64,000 bases of DNA from Alphaproteobacteria bacterium (GTDB taxonomy: Bacteria; Pseudomonadota; Alphaproteobacteria; UBA2136; UBA6156). The position numbers and the translations under genes are program-made. The first letter of the stretch is position 1, and each line of letters starts with the position of its first letter. Below are positions 56,075-64,000 of this stretch, one piece after another. The stretch is taken from positions 138,232-202,231 of the forward strand of contig JAIXQG010000002.1 of NCBI GenBank assembly GCA_027485835.1, read 5' to 3'. Under the pieces are notes generated by a model. It was not told the origin of the DNA. It was given only the letters and a program-made list of their open reading frames with translations, and did no database searches.

Positions 56075-57865
56075 CTAGATGGGGCGCCGCGGCGATGGTG
56101 TCAAGTCTGTGGATGAAGTTTCTTTCAATTCCTTGAACTTATTCCAGTTCTCGGGAGAAAACCAATCGGCATTTTTGACAATTTCTGTATACTTAGAACG
56201 ACTTACCGATTGAGCCTGCCAGAGCTGGTGTTGCTCATGGAAAAGCACCAGTGCGTCGGTGTCGTCCGGCAGGGTCATCACCCCCGTGCTGGTGAGCAGG
56301 TCGGCTACCGTGGTGCTATGCGGGCCGAGCTGGAGGTCTTGCGCCAAGTCTTCCGCCGGCAACTTCAGCACCACGTAGGCGCGCACTACGGCTTGCGCCA
56401 GCTCGGCTAGCGGGCCCGCGGCAAAGGTAATACCTCCGAGAACTTCGTCGACTTGCGGCAAAATCTGCGGCCAGCGGCATACCAGCGCTAACAAGGTGCG
56501 CGTAGCGGCATCACCCTGAATGGCCGGTTTGTAGTCGCGCGGTGCTTGCATCACGCTGGCGGTTTTGGGCGTTTTGCTGCCGTTTGCACCGCCACGGGTG
56601 CCGCGCACGGCTTCCCACAGCTTATCCTTCAGGGTTTGGCCGTAGGCGCGGCGGATGGTGGTGTTCTTAATTTCCGCCAGCAGTTGCGCCATTTCGGCTT
56701 CTACTGTGGCGCGACCGTCTGCGGTGGTAACATCCGCAGCACCAGCGAGCTGTTGCCAGAGCAGATTTTCCAGCGACGTGGTTTGCGTGAGGAGGTTGCG
56801 GAAGGTCGCGATACCATCTTTTTGCACCAAGCTGTCGGGGTCTTCTCCCTGGGGTAGGAAGACAAAGCTAAGGGTGCGGCCGGGCTCGAGCACCCCCAAC
56901 GCGCGGTTGGCCATACGCAGGGCGGCGGTGCGGCCTGCGGCGTCGCCATCGAGGCAGACAATCGGGTGCGGGTGTTGCTGCCAGAGAAGCGTGATTTGCT
57001 CGGCGGTGACGGCGGTACCAAGGGGTGCCACCGCGGTTTTGAAGCCGGCTTGGTAGAGCGCGATGACATCCATATAGCCTTCCACCAGCACAATCTGGCC
57101 CGTGGTTTTGATGTGCGGCTTGGCGCGGTGCAGGTTGTAGAGCAGGTAGGATTTATTAAAAAACGGCGTTTCCGGCGAGTTTAAATATTTCGGCTCACCT
57201 TTGCCCATAACCCGCCCACCAAAGCCGACGACGCGGCCTTGATTATCGTGAATCGGGAACATCAAACGGTCACGGAAGCGGTCGTAATCGCGTCCTTTTT
57301 CGGCCGATTTTTCCGACATGGTGGTGAGACCGGTGGATTTTAATAGATCTGGTGAAAAGCCCTCGTTTAACAGTGCGTTTTTGGTGGCATCCCAACTGTC
57401 TGGGGCGTAACCGAGCTGGAACTCCTGCACCGTGCTATCGGTCAGGCTGCGTTTTTCGATGTACGCACGCGAGGCTTCGTTCAGGCTGCGTTGGTAGAAG
57501 ACGGCAGCGCGCTCTAGCGCTTTGTAGCCATCCTGCCGTTTTTGCGCGGCGGCGGGGTCGGCAGGCTCGTTTTCCGGCAATTTAATGCCGATCTGGCGGG
57601 CGAGACGGCCGACCACTTCGCTAAAGGTACCGCCTTGGGTTTCTTGTACAAAGGTAATCACGTCACCGCCCGCGCCGCAGCCAAAGCAGTAGTAGCTGTT
57701 TTGGTCTTCCCGCACGTGGAAGCTGCCGGATTTCTCGTTATGGAACGGGCAGCAGCCCCACCAGGCGCGACCCTTTTTCTTCATGTTGGGCACGACTTTG
57801 CGCACCTCATCGACTATATTGAGGCGGGATTTGATCTGGTCTATGACGTGCGGCGGATACTTCAT
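56075..57865 (-). CDS. dnaG: DNA primase
   Basis: Zn-ribbon CCPFHNEKSGSFHV...YCFGCGAGG, plus a TOPRIM domain. Confidence 0.93.
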   Translation of the reverse strand: MKYPPHVIDQIKSRLNIVDEVRKVVPNMKKKGRAWWGCCPFHNEKSGSFHVREDQNSYYCFGCGAGGDVITFVQETQGGTFSEVVGRLARQIGIKLPENEPADPAAAQKRQDGYKALERAAVFYQRSLNEASRAYIEKRSLTDSTVQEFQLGYAPDSWDATKNALLNEGFSPDLLKSTGLTTMSEKSAEKGRDYDRFRDRLMFPIHDNQGRVVGFGGRVMGKGEPKYLNSPETPFFNKSYLLYNLHRAKPHIKTTGQIVLVEGYMDVIALYQAGFKTAVAPLGTAVTAEQITLLWQQHPHPIVCLDGDAAGRTAALRMANRALGVLEPGRTLSFVFLPQGEDPDSLVQKDGIATFRNLLTQTTSLENLLWQQLAGAADVTTADGRATVEAEMAQLLAEIKNTTIRRAYGQTLKDKLWEAVRGTRGGANGSKTPKTASVMQAPRDYKPAIQGDAATRTLLALVCRWPQILPQVDEVLGGITFAAGPLAELAQAVVRAYVVLKLPAEDLAQDLQLGPHSTTVADLLTSTGVMTLPDDTDALVLFHEQHQLWQAQSVSRSKYTEIVKNADWFSPENWNKFKELKETSSTDLTPSPRRPI

Positions 57866-58007
57866 CCGATAACCTACTTTTAACTCCCCTTACCTTTTAC
57901 CATAGAGGGCTTGCGGCGTGGGGGCAAGTGTGGTTTATTCCGGTAGCGGCTGTTTTAACGGCTGTTTTTATTTGTGGGACTACAAGACAGAGAAGAAAGG
58001 GAACGCC

Positions 58008-58490
58008 ATGGAGCGCGTACCAATGACGGTTTACGGCTATGACCGACTGACTGCCGAACTGAAAGATTTGATTAGCAACCAGCGCCCGGCTGTAATTGCC
58101 GCGATTGAAGAGGCCCGTGGCCACGGCGACCTGAAGGAAAACGCCGAATACCACGCCGCGAAGGAAAAACAGGGCTTTATTGAAGGCCGTATTGCCGAGC
58201 TAGACAGCAAGCTGAGCCGTGCCGAAGTGATTGACCCTCTGAAAATCAACGGTAGTAAAATTGTGCTGGGCGCCACCATTACCTTGGTGGATGTGGACAC
58301 CGACAAGACCGTGACCTACGCCCTTGTGGGGCCGGATGAAGCCGATTTGGAAGCAGGCCGGATTTCCACCACCAGCCCGGTAGGCCGTGCGCTGCTGGGC
58401 AAGACCACCGGCGACGAAGTGACCGTGCAAGCCCCCAGCGGCAAGCGTGTGTATGAGGTGGAGAAGGTTGAGTATAAGCCGATTGCTTAG
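58008..58490 (+). CDS. greA: transcription elongation factor GreA
   Basis: Start at MERVPMTVYGYDRLTAELKDL. 160 aa. Confidence 0.93.
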   Translation: MERVPMTVYGYDRLTAELKDLISNQRPAVIAAIEEARGHGDLKENAEYHAAKEKQGFIEGRIAELDSKLSRAEVIDPLKINGSKIVLGATITLVDVDTDKTVTYALVGPDEADLEAGRISTTSPVGRALLGKTTGDEVTVQAPSGKRVYEVEKVEYKPIA

Positions 58491-58512
58491 GATTAGCTGA
58501 CTTCAAATACGA

Positions 58513-58537
58513 CAGGCCCCGAGGGGCCTGTTTTCTG
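58513..58537 (+). terminator. rho-independent terminator after greA (caggcccc-gag-gggcctg + ttttct)
   Basis: Read directly from sequence. Confidence 0.55.
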
Positions 58538-58549
58538 TCGATCGCGATC

Positions 58550-59116
58550 TTAAAGAATGTCTACTCGGCCGTGAATTTCCTGAAAGCGCTCACGTGTCAT
58601 TTCCCAATACTCCGCTTGCGTTTCACCATTATGAAAAGGCGGCAGTTGCACCCGTAAACCCAAGGGTAAAAAGCCCTGTTTTTCTTTAATGCGTGCAGAA
58701 GCACGGTTGGAAGGCGCATTGCCGGTTACAACGCGGGTCGCTTCGGTGTGGCTAAACAGCCAATGAAGTACACTCATCGAAGCCTCTTCCATATAACGGT
58801 TCCCACGGAACTCGCTGGCCATCCAGAATCCGCGCCGCCATTCGCCGGTTGAGGCATCCTTTTGCTCCACCATCACGGCACCGATTGGTGCGTCATCTTC
58901 CTTGCGATGAATCATGAATTCCATGGCACGTTTGCCCTCCATCGCGGGGAGGATAATCTGGCTGAGATAAAATTTCGCCCCATCGGCGGGGTAAGGGTTC
59001 GGAACCTCCGGAGGCAGGTACTCCAAAACATCCGGCTGACCAAAATGCTGTTGGATAAACGGTGCATCCGCAATATTTACAGGACGCAGATAGAGGCGTT
59101 CGGTCTCAATTTTCAT
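58550..59116 (-). CDS. GNAT family N-acetyltransferase (RimJ/RimL-like)
   Basis: 188 aa with acetyltransferase fold motifs. Confidence 0.75.
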   Translation of the reverse strand: MKIETERLYLRPVNIADAPFIQQHFGQPDVLEYLPPEVPNPYPADGAKFYLSQIILPAMEGKRAMEFMIHRKEDDAPIGAVMVEQKDASTGEWRRGFWMASEFRGNRYMEEASMSVLHWLFSHTEATRVVTGNAPSNRASARIKEKQGFLPLGLRVQLPPFHNGETQAEYWEMTRERFQEIHGRVDIL

Positions 59117-59126
59117 AACTCATCCT

Positions 59127-59681
59127 TTATCTTAACCAGCGTTTTTCCAGCAAGTGAAAAATACGCGACGGCGTGCCGGAGAGTGGTTGAGGGAGAGTAA
59201 GTGCCGGAATGCCGATGGGTACTTCTTCGGCGCGGGTGGCGGGGGGTTGGCCGCTCAAGTTCAGGCTGGTGCTCACAATCGGCTGGCCTGCCGCTTCAAG
59301 ATATTCCTGCATGTAGGCTGGCTGTGGCAGGCGTACAGCGATAGTACCCTTGCCGCCGGTGAGCAGCTCCGGCAGGCTGGCCAGCGCGGGCAGGATGAGC
59401 GTGGTGGGCGGCTGGCCGGCTTGCCAGTAAGTGGCTATAGCCTCGTGGCATTCGTGCGGAAAAGTTGGACAGAGCTGTGTCAGTTGCGCGGTATGGGCCA
59501 CCAGCACGATGCAACCTTTGGTGGGAACGCGGTTTTTAACCTGTAAGACGTTTTCCAGTGCGGCGGTGTTGAAGGGGTCGGCCACGTAGCCGTACACCCC
59601 CTCGGCGGGGGCGGCACAGACCTGTCCGGCGAGCAGCGCGGCGGCCCAAGTTTGCAGTTCGGGTTGGTTCCATGTCGTCAT
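59127..59681 (-). CDS. tsaC: L-threonylcarbamoyladenylate synthase (YrdC/TsaC family)
   Basis: 'EGVYGYVADPFN...KNRVPTKGCIVL...VSTSLNLSGQPP', YrdC domain. Confidence 0.72.
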   Translation of the reverse strand: MTTWNQPELQTWAAALLAGQVCAAPAEGVYGYVADPFNTAALENVLQVKNRVPTKGCIVLVAHTAQLTQLCPTFPHECHEAIATYWQAGQPPTTLILPALASLPELLTGGKGTIAVRLPQPAYMQEYLEAAGQPIVSTSLNLSGQPPATRAEEVPIGIPALTLPQPLSGTPSRIFHLLEKRWLR

Positions 59682-59778
59682 GCTTGCGGTTTAGCAGATT
59701 TTGACGTATTGGCAAGGTACGAGTACATTATTCGTATACAAACAACATTTACCAACGGCAAACCACGCGGAGGTTCCT

Positions 59779-60135
59779 GTGCCGAAACATATAAACGTCC
59801 AGCATCTTGATGAGGAGCATATTTACGGTATCCGTGTCATGCTCCTTGGAAAAGAGGTGATGATTCATCTCCATTTCAGGGAGATACCTATCGATCATTC
59901 TGACCAGAAGTGGGAGATGGCGTCTTGCGTCAGCGAACGCCTTTGCGTGATTTTTGAGAGTGTGGTTCAGAAGCCAATCGAAATTCACACCTCCAACCTG
60001 GTGACAGTGGTTGTGCGGGATTTCTTCCGAGAAACTCCTGATCTGGCAATGTGGACATTCGAGCGCATTTCCCTCGGCGGCGCTAAGCTCGATTCGGAAT
60101 CCCTAATCAAGTTGCGCAGGTCACTTGTAGCCTGA
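59779..60135 (+). CDS. hypothetical protein (~119 aa from GTG; 144 aa if started at the upstream ATG at 59701)
   Basis: ggagg SD 6 nt upstream of GTG 59779. A terminator follows at 60150-60178. No family recognised. Confidence 0.35.
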   Translation: MPKHINVQHLDEEHIYGIRVMLLGKEVMIHLHFREIPIDHSDQKWEMASCVSERLCVIFESVVQKPIEIHTSNLVTVVVRDFFRETPDLAMWTFERISLGGAKLDSESLIKLRRSLVA

Positions 60136-60149
60136 ACGATCAGACTTTC

Positions 60150-60178
60150 CACGATAGCTCCGGTTTTTCCGGAGCTAT
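60150..60178 (+). terminator. rho-independent terminator (agctccgg-ttttt-ccggagct + atttttg)
   Basis: Read directly from sequence. Confidence 0.5.
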
Positions 60179-60186
60179 TTTTGCAT

Positions 60187-60645
60187 TTAACGCAGGGTTT
60201 TGAAGAAATCTTGCAGCAGCGTGCGGCAGCTGTCTTCTTCGATACCGCCGAGGATGTCCGGTTTAAAGTGCATATGTTGAGGCACGCGGGCGCCGTTGAC
60301 GGTGCCGCCGGATTTGGGGTCGTACGCACCGAAAATGACTGTACCGACACGGGCATGGCATAGGGCGGCCATACACATGGCGCAGGGTTCTAAGGTCACG
60401 GCAAGCGTGCAGTCTTCGAAATACCGGCGGTATTGGAGAGCTTGTTGCAGCACCTGCATTTCGGCGTGGGCGATAGGGTTTTGCGCGGTTTCTACCTGAT
60501 TATGGGCTTCGGCTAGCACATTTCCGTCCGCATCTACCAGCACGGCGGCGATGGGAATCTCTCCACAGCTTACGCCCGCCTTAGCAAGTGCTATGGCGCG
60601 GTGCAGGATTGCGCTGACATTGGGCGCTGGCCGCTTGAGGTTCAT
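60187..60645 (-). CDS. tadA: tRNA-specific adenosine deaminase
   Basis: CDA motifs 'HAEM' and 'EPCAMC'. Start chosen at MNLKRPAPN. Confidence 0.85.
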   Translation of the reverse strand: MNLKRPAPNVSAILHRAIALAKAGVSCGEIPIAAVLVDADGNVLAEAHNQVETAQNPIAHAEMQVLQQALQYRRYFEDCTLAVTLEPCAMCMAALCHARVGTVIFGAYDPKSGGTVNGARVPQHMHFKPDILGGIEEDSCRTLLQDFFKTLR

Positions 60646-60668
60646 AGCCGTTGGTATAGGATGATTGG

Positions 60669-61580
60669 ATGAATACGACAAGTACACAACGCACGGTTGG
60701 GATCGCCTTTCCCTCTTACTACATGCCCGCTGATGAAATTGAACAGGCCCACAAGACGCTGAGCGAACTTGGTTTTTCCGTGCGTTTTGCGTCTAACTCC
60801 GCAATGAAGTACGGGCACTTTGCAGGTACCGAGCTTGTGCGTGTGGATGGACTGGCCGAGCTTATGGCCATGCCAGATGTGGATTACATCCTGATGGCAC
60901 GAGGGGGAAACGGTAATTTGCGGATGCTTGCCGAGCTTGACTGGAATGCCTTTACCCAAAACACCCCTTGGATTGGTTTCAGCGATTCCACGGTTTTACT
61001 CAATGCGCGTGCAGCCCGCACCCAACATAGCGGTTGGCACGCCCCGATGTTTCGACAGTTCCGTGGAGGATTGGAGACCGAAGACTTGCGTCTTGTTATT
61101 GATATTTTGAATGGGAACCCACCCAGTGGCTATGGCTCCAAGCATCTTTCACAGGTTAAAGTCCTCAAGCAAGGCGCAACGACGGGGACCCTGTGGGGAG
61201 GGAATGTAGCTAGTATGCGGAGCCTTTGCGGAACACCGAATATGCCCAAGCCACAGCCGGGTGATATCGTGTTTTTTGAAGATTTGTTTACCAATGACTG
61301 GCATGTTGACCGTGATTTAGAGCAACTGGCACAGGCAGGCTTTTTTGAAAATCTCGGTGGCATGATCTTCGGAAACTTTAGCGAAATATTTGAGTACACC
61401 GCCGTCCCCTTCGAATTTACCATGCGCGAGGTATTTGAACGGCATTCCGCACGGATTAACGGGCCGGTGATTATGGATTTCCCCGCCGGACACGAGGGTT
61501 TAAACCTGCCGTTGCCGATTGGCAAAACCGTGACGCTCACTGCCAGAGCCGACGGCACGACGTTAAGCTGGGAGAACTAA
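60669..61580 (+). CDS. ldcA: LD-carboxypeptidase (peptidase S66, muramoyltetrapeptide carboxypeptidase)
   Basis: 'WIGFSDSTVLL' nucleophile-Ser motif and overall S66 architecture. Confidence 0.75.
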   Translation: MNTTSTQRTVGIAFPSYYMPADEIEQAHKTLSELGFSVRFASNSAMKYGHFAGTELVRVDGLAELMAMPDVDYILMARGGNGNLRMLAELDWNAFTQNTPWIGFSDSTVLLNARAARTQHSGWHAPMFRQFRGGLETEDLRLVIDILNGNPPSGYGSKHLSQVKVLKQGATTGTLWGGNVASMRSLCGTPNMPKPQPGDIVFFEDLFTNDWHVDRDLEQLAQAGFFENLGGMIFGNFSEIFEYTAVPFEFTMREVFERHSARINGPVIMDFPAGHEGLNLPLPIGKTVTLTARADGTTLSWEN

Positions 61581-61581
61581 G

Positions 61582-62286
61582 ATGAGTGCGACACGCCCCG
61601 TGATTGGTGTTTGGATGGACTGGACCGCGAAGAGCACGTTCAGCCCGCGGCCGCATTATGCCATTCGTGAAGGGTACTTTCAGGCGGTGTGGGATGCCGG
61701 AGGCATGCCGGTAGGTATTCCGCTGTTGGAAACCGGCCGCGACGATTACCTGCGCCATGTGGCTGGCGTGGTGGTGCCCGGTGGCGACTACCCCAGCCCT
61801 AGCCGCTGGTATGGCGATGGCCATGGCATACGCGACGAACACCCGCGCACGGTGGTGAATGAGCAGTTGATGCGCGACATGCTGGCTATGGACAAACCGT
61901 TTTTGGCGATTTGCGCCGGGCACCAAGAACTGGCTGCCGCAACGGGTGGGCTACTATATTGGCGGGTTAAGGAAAACCTGCCGGGGGCGAAAAACCACCG
62001 TATTGATGCGCTGGAAGAGACGTCTCACGACATAGAGGTAGTGCCTGGCACCCTGTTGCATAAACTGGTGGGCACCGAGCGTTTTGCGGTGAATAGCCAC
62101 CACCACGAGGCCGTGCGCAGCTTGGGCGAAAGCGTGATTGTGAGCGGACGAGCGCCAGACGGTGTGATTGAGGCGATTGAAGTGCCCGGCAAGCGGTTTG
62201 CGCTGGGCGTGCAATGGCACCCGGAGTTCGGGCTGAGTGAGGCGGACCATGCGCTGTTCGTCGGTTTAGTGAATGCTGCACGCTAG
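61582..62286 (+). CDS. class-I glutamine amidotransferase-like / peptidase C26 (gamma-glutamyl hydrolase PuuD-like)
   Basis: 'LAICAGHQEL' (Cys nucleophile) and 'HHE' triad. Its start lies 1 nt after the ldcA stop. Confidence 0.7.
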   Translation: MSATRPVIGVWMDWTAKSTFSPRPHYAIREGYFQAVWDAGGMPVGIPLLETGRDDYLRHVAGVVVPGGDYPSPSRWYGDGHGIRDEHPRTVVNEQLMRDMLAMDKPFLAICAGHQELAAATGGLLYWRVKENLPGAKNHRIDALEETSHDIEVVPGTLLHKLVGTERFAVNSHHHEAVRSLGESVIVSGRAPDGVIEAIEVPGKRFALGVQWHPEFGLSEADHALFVGLVNAAR

Positions 62287-62324
62287 GCTTGCAATTTGAG
62301 GGGTTTGGCCCCACAAGGTGAACT

Positions 62325-63068
62325 ATGCGATTGAATGTGTATCTCCAACGGGCCGGTATTGGCAGTCGCCGCGAGGCCGAGCGGCTGGTGGAATCTGGCG
62401 TTGTCACCGTAAACGGCCAGCAAGCTACTGTGACCACGGCGGTGGAGGACGGCGATGTGGTGGCGGTGGATGGCAAAACCGTAGGCGTGGAAACCGCTCC
62501 CCTGCCCCGCATTTACAAGTACCACAAGCCGGTGGGCGTCATTATTACCGCCCGCGACCACGAAGGCCGCAAGACGCTTTATGAAGCTCTGGCCGAGCTA
62601 CCCGAAGCCAAGGGTATGCCGCGCGTGATGCCGGTGGGCCGCCTTGACCTGAACAGTGAAGGCCTGCTGCTTTTGACCACCGATGGAGGACTGGCGCAGA
62701 CGTTGATGTCGCCCAAAACCGAATTGCGGCGCGAGTACCACGTGCGCGTGTTTGGCGGGCTTTCCGAGAAACAGCTGGAGCAATTCCGCAAGGGTGTGAC
62801 GGTGGACGGCGTGTGGTACCGCGGTGCCGAAGTGGAGCTGTTGAAGACGGGTGATACCGGCAAGAACCGTTGGTACAAGGTTGTGCTGCGTGAAGGTAAG
62901 AACCGTGAGATCCGCCGTATTTTCAACTATTTTGGCTGCGAGGTGAACCGCCTACTGCGCGTGCAATATGGCCCGTTTACGTTGGGTGACATGCCCAAAC
63001 ATGCGCTGGTGGAAGTACCCGCGCGTGAGGTGGAAGCATTAATAGAGGAGTTGAAGGCCCGTGGCTAA
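62325..63068 (+). CDS. S4-domain rRNA pseudouridine synthase (RsuA/RluB family)
   Basis: N-terminal S4 (RLNVYLQRAGIGSRREAERLVESGVVTVNG) and the catalytic 'PVGRLDLNSEGLLLLTTDG'. Confidence 0.85.
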   Translation: MRLNVYLQRAGIGSRREAERLVESGVVTVNGQQATVTTAVEDGDVVAVDGKTVGVETAPLPRIYKYHKPVGVIITARDHEGRKTLYEALAELPEAKGMPRVMPVGRLDLNSEGLLLLTTDGGLAQTLMSPKTELRREYHVRVFGGLSEKQLEQFRKGVTVDGVWYRGAEVELLKTGDTGKNRWYKVVLREGKNREIRRIFNYFGCEVNRLLRVQYGPFTLGDMPKHALVEVPAREVEALIEELKARG

Positions 63069-63606
63069 CGATCTGTTTTACGACCGGATTATTGCGGGAA
63101 CCTTGAAAGGCCGCAAACTGCTGCTGCCGAAGAGTGAGGGCGTGCGGCCGAGCAAAAACCGTGTGCGGCAGGCGGTGTTCAACCTGCTGGGTGCACGTTT
63201 GAATTTGGATGGCCTGAATGTGGCCGACCTGTTTTGCGGCAGCGGGGCTTGGGGTTTGGAAGCCCTGAGCCGCGGTGCTGCCAAGGTGGTTCTGGTAGAC
63301 ATAGACGACCGCACGGCGGCGACCAATGTGAAGGACCTTGCTGCGGCCAACGTTGCTGTTTTTGCAGCCGACGTGCGCCAGTGGAAGCCTATTACGTTGC
63401 TGGATGTGGTGCTGCTGGACCCGCCCTACGGCAAAGGCTTGGCGCAGGGTGTAATTGACCGTGCCGCGTTGATAGGTAAGCCAGATAGCTGGTGGTGCGT
63501 GGAAACCGGCCGTGACGAACCCCTGAACTGGGACGGTTTTGCAGATGTGGAGTACCGGGATTATGGCGGGAGCCGCGTGTGGGTGGCACGCTATTTAGTT
63601 AACTAA
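63061..63606 (+). CDS. rsmD: 16S rRNA (guanine966-N2)-methyltransferase
   Basis: GTG start overlapping the upstream gene. 'DLFCGSGAWGLEALSRGA' and 'DPPY' motifs. Confidence 0.85.
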   Translation: MANDLFYDRIIAGTLKGRKLLLPKSEGVRPSKNRVRQAVFNLLGARLNLDGLNVADLFCGSGAWGLEALSRGAAKVVLVDIDDRTAATNVKDLAAANVAVFAADVRQWKPITLLDVVLLDPPYGKGLAQGVIDRAALIGKPDSWWCVETGRDEPLNWDGFADVEYRDYGGSRVWVARYLVN

Positions 63607-63615
63607 AAACGAAAA

Positions 63616-63645
63616 CGCCGCCCAACGAAGGGCGGCGTTCTTTAT
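63616..63645 (+). terminator. rho-independent terminator after rsmD (acgccgccc-aacgaa-gggcggcgt + tctttat)
   Basis: Read directly from sequence. Confidence 0.55.
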
Positions 63646-63656
63646 CCGATTGCGGT

Positions 63657-63857
63657 TCAGTTATAGCCGGCAGGCAACTGGCCATTCCAGCCAATGGCGC
63701 CTCCGTAACCGTCGCGCGCAAAGTCGCACAGTTCATCATAAGTAATCGCGCCAAAGATCACGGATTCTGATGGCGTTTTACCCAAGGCTTCGTCACGCTC
63801 GGCCTGTTGCCGGGAACGTGAGGTAATAGAGATAATGTTATTGTTTTCCTTACTCAT
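63657..63857 (-). CDS. hypothetical small protein (66 aa from MSKENNN)
   Basis: Internal ATG chosen. The longer ORF to 63947 lacks support. No family recognised. Confidence 0.25.
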   Translation of the reverse strand: MSKENNNIISITSRSRQQAERDEALGKTPSESVIFGAITYDELCDFARDGYGGAIGWNGQLPAGYN

Positions 63858-64000
63858 GCAATTCCCCGTTGCTGCACATGAAAGCGAACGCCGCACTACA
63901 GCGGCGTTCGAGCTCAGCATCTTTTCGAAATGGGTCAGACGCTGCAACAGCCGTCGTCGGCCATCGTGGCGTGCTGATCGGCCGAGGCCGACTTTTCAGT

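Overview
This window is a GC-rich (~60%) alphaproteobacterial chromosome segment. The lineage call rests on an ALAS-type hemA, gcrA, bolA, phasin and a Cys-less L36-like gene. A rearranged and interrupted ribosomal-protein / RNA-polymerase super-operon dominates it. On the minus strand (high to low coordinates) the order is rpsJ-rplC-rplD-rplW-rplB-rpsS-rplV-rpsC-rplP-rpmC-rpsQ-rplN-rplX-rplE-rpsN-rpsH-rplF-rplR-rpsE-rplO, an inserted ORF, secY-adk-infA, a 55-aa basic protein, rpsM-rpsK-rpoA, an inserted low-GC gene cassette, and rplQ. There is no rpmD. Next to rplQ lie hemA (5-aminolevulinate synthase), hemB and a translationally coupled small membrane ORF. rplJ-rplL, a yerC island, and rpoB-rpoC sit on the minus strand. 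rplK-rplA are inverted onto the plus strand, and an orphan polysaccharide co-polymerase / degenerate BY-kinase-like gene lies between them and rplJ. No nusG, secE, tuf or fusA is present. Several r-proteins (uL4, uL22, uL24, uS5, uL5, uS17, uL15), IF-1 and RpoB carry Ala/Lys/Pro-rich extensions or insertions. The rest holds housekeeping genes: fdxA, rpmG, xthA, bolA, recJ, folD, rpoD, dnaG, greA, tsaC, tadA, ldcA, rsmD, a pseudouridine synthase, phasin, and a GGDEF / degenerate-EAL pair. Interspersed are lower-GC, self-contained small genes, many of them small membrane proteins with their own promoters, SDs and terminators. I found no tRNA, rRNA, CRISPR array, transposase or integrase. The most interesting points are the foreign insertions into normally invariant operon junctions (rpoA|rplQ, rplO|secY, rplL|rpoB, upstream of rpsJ). 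Others are a tandem pair of ERI-1/KapD-like DEDDh exonuclease paralogs flanking a Cys-rich lipoprotein, a DsbA-like protein with His-Gly repeats coupled to a 672-aa TPR-like tail-anchored protein, the orphan pseudo-kinase PCP protein, and the L36-like 55-aa protein.
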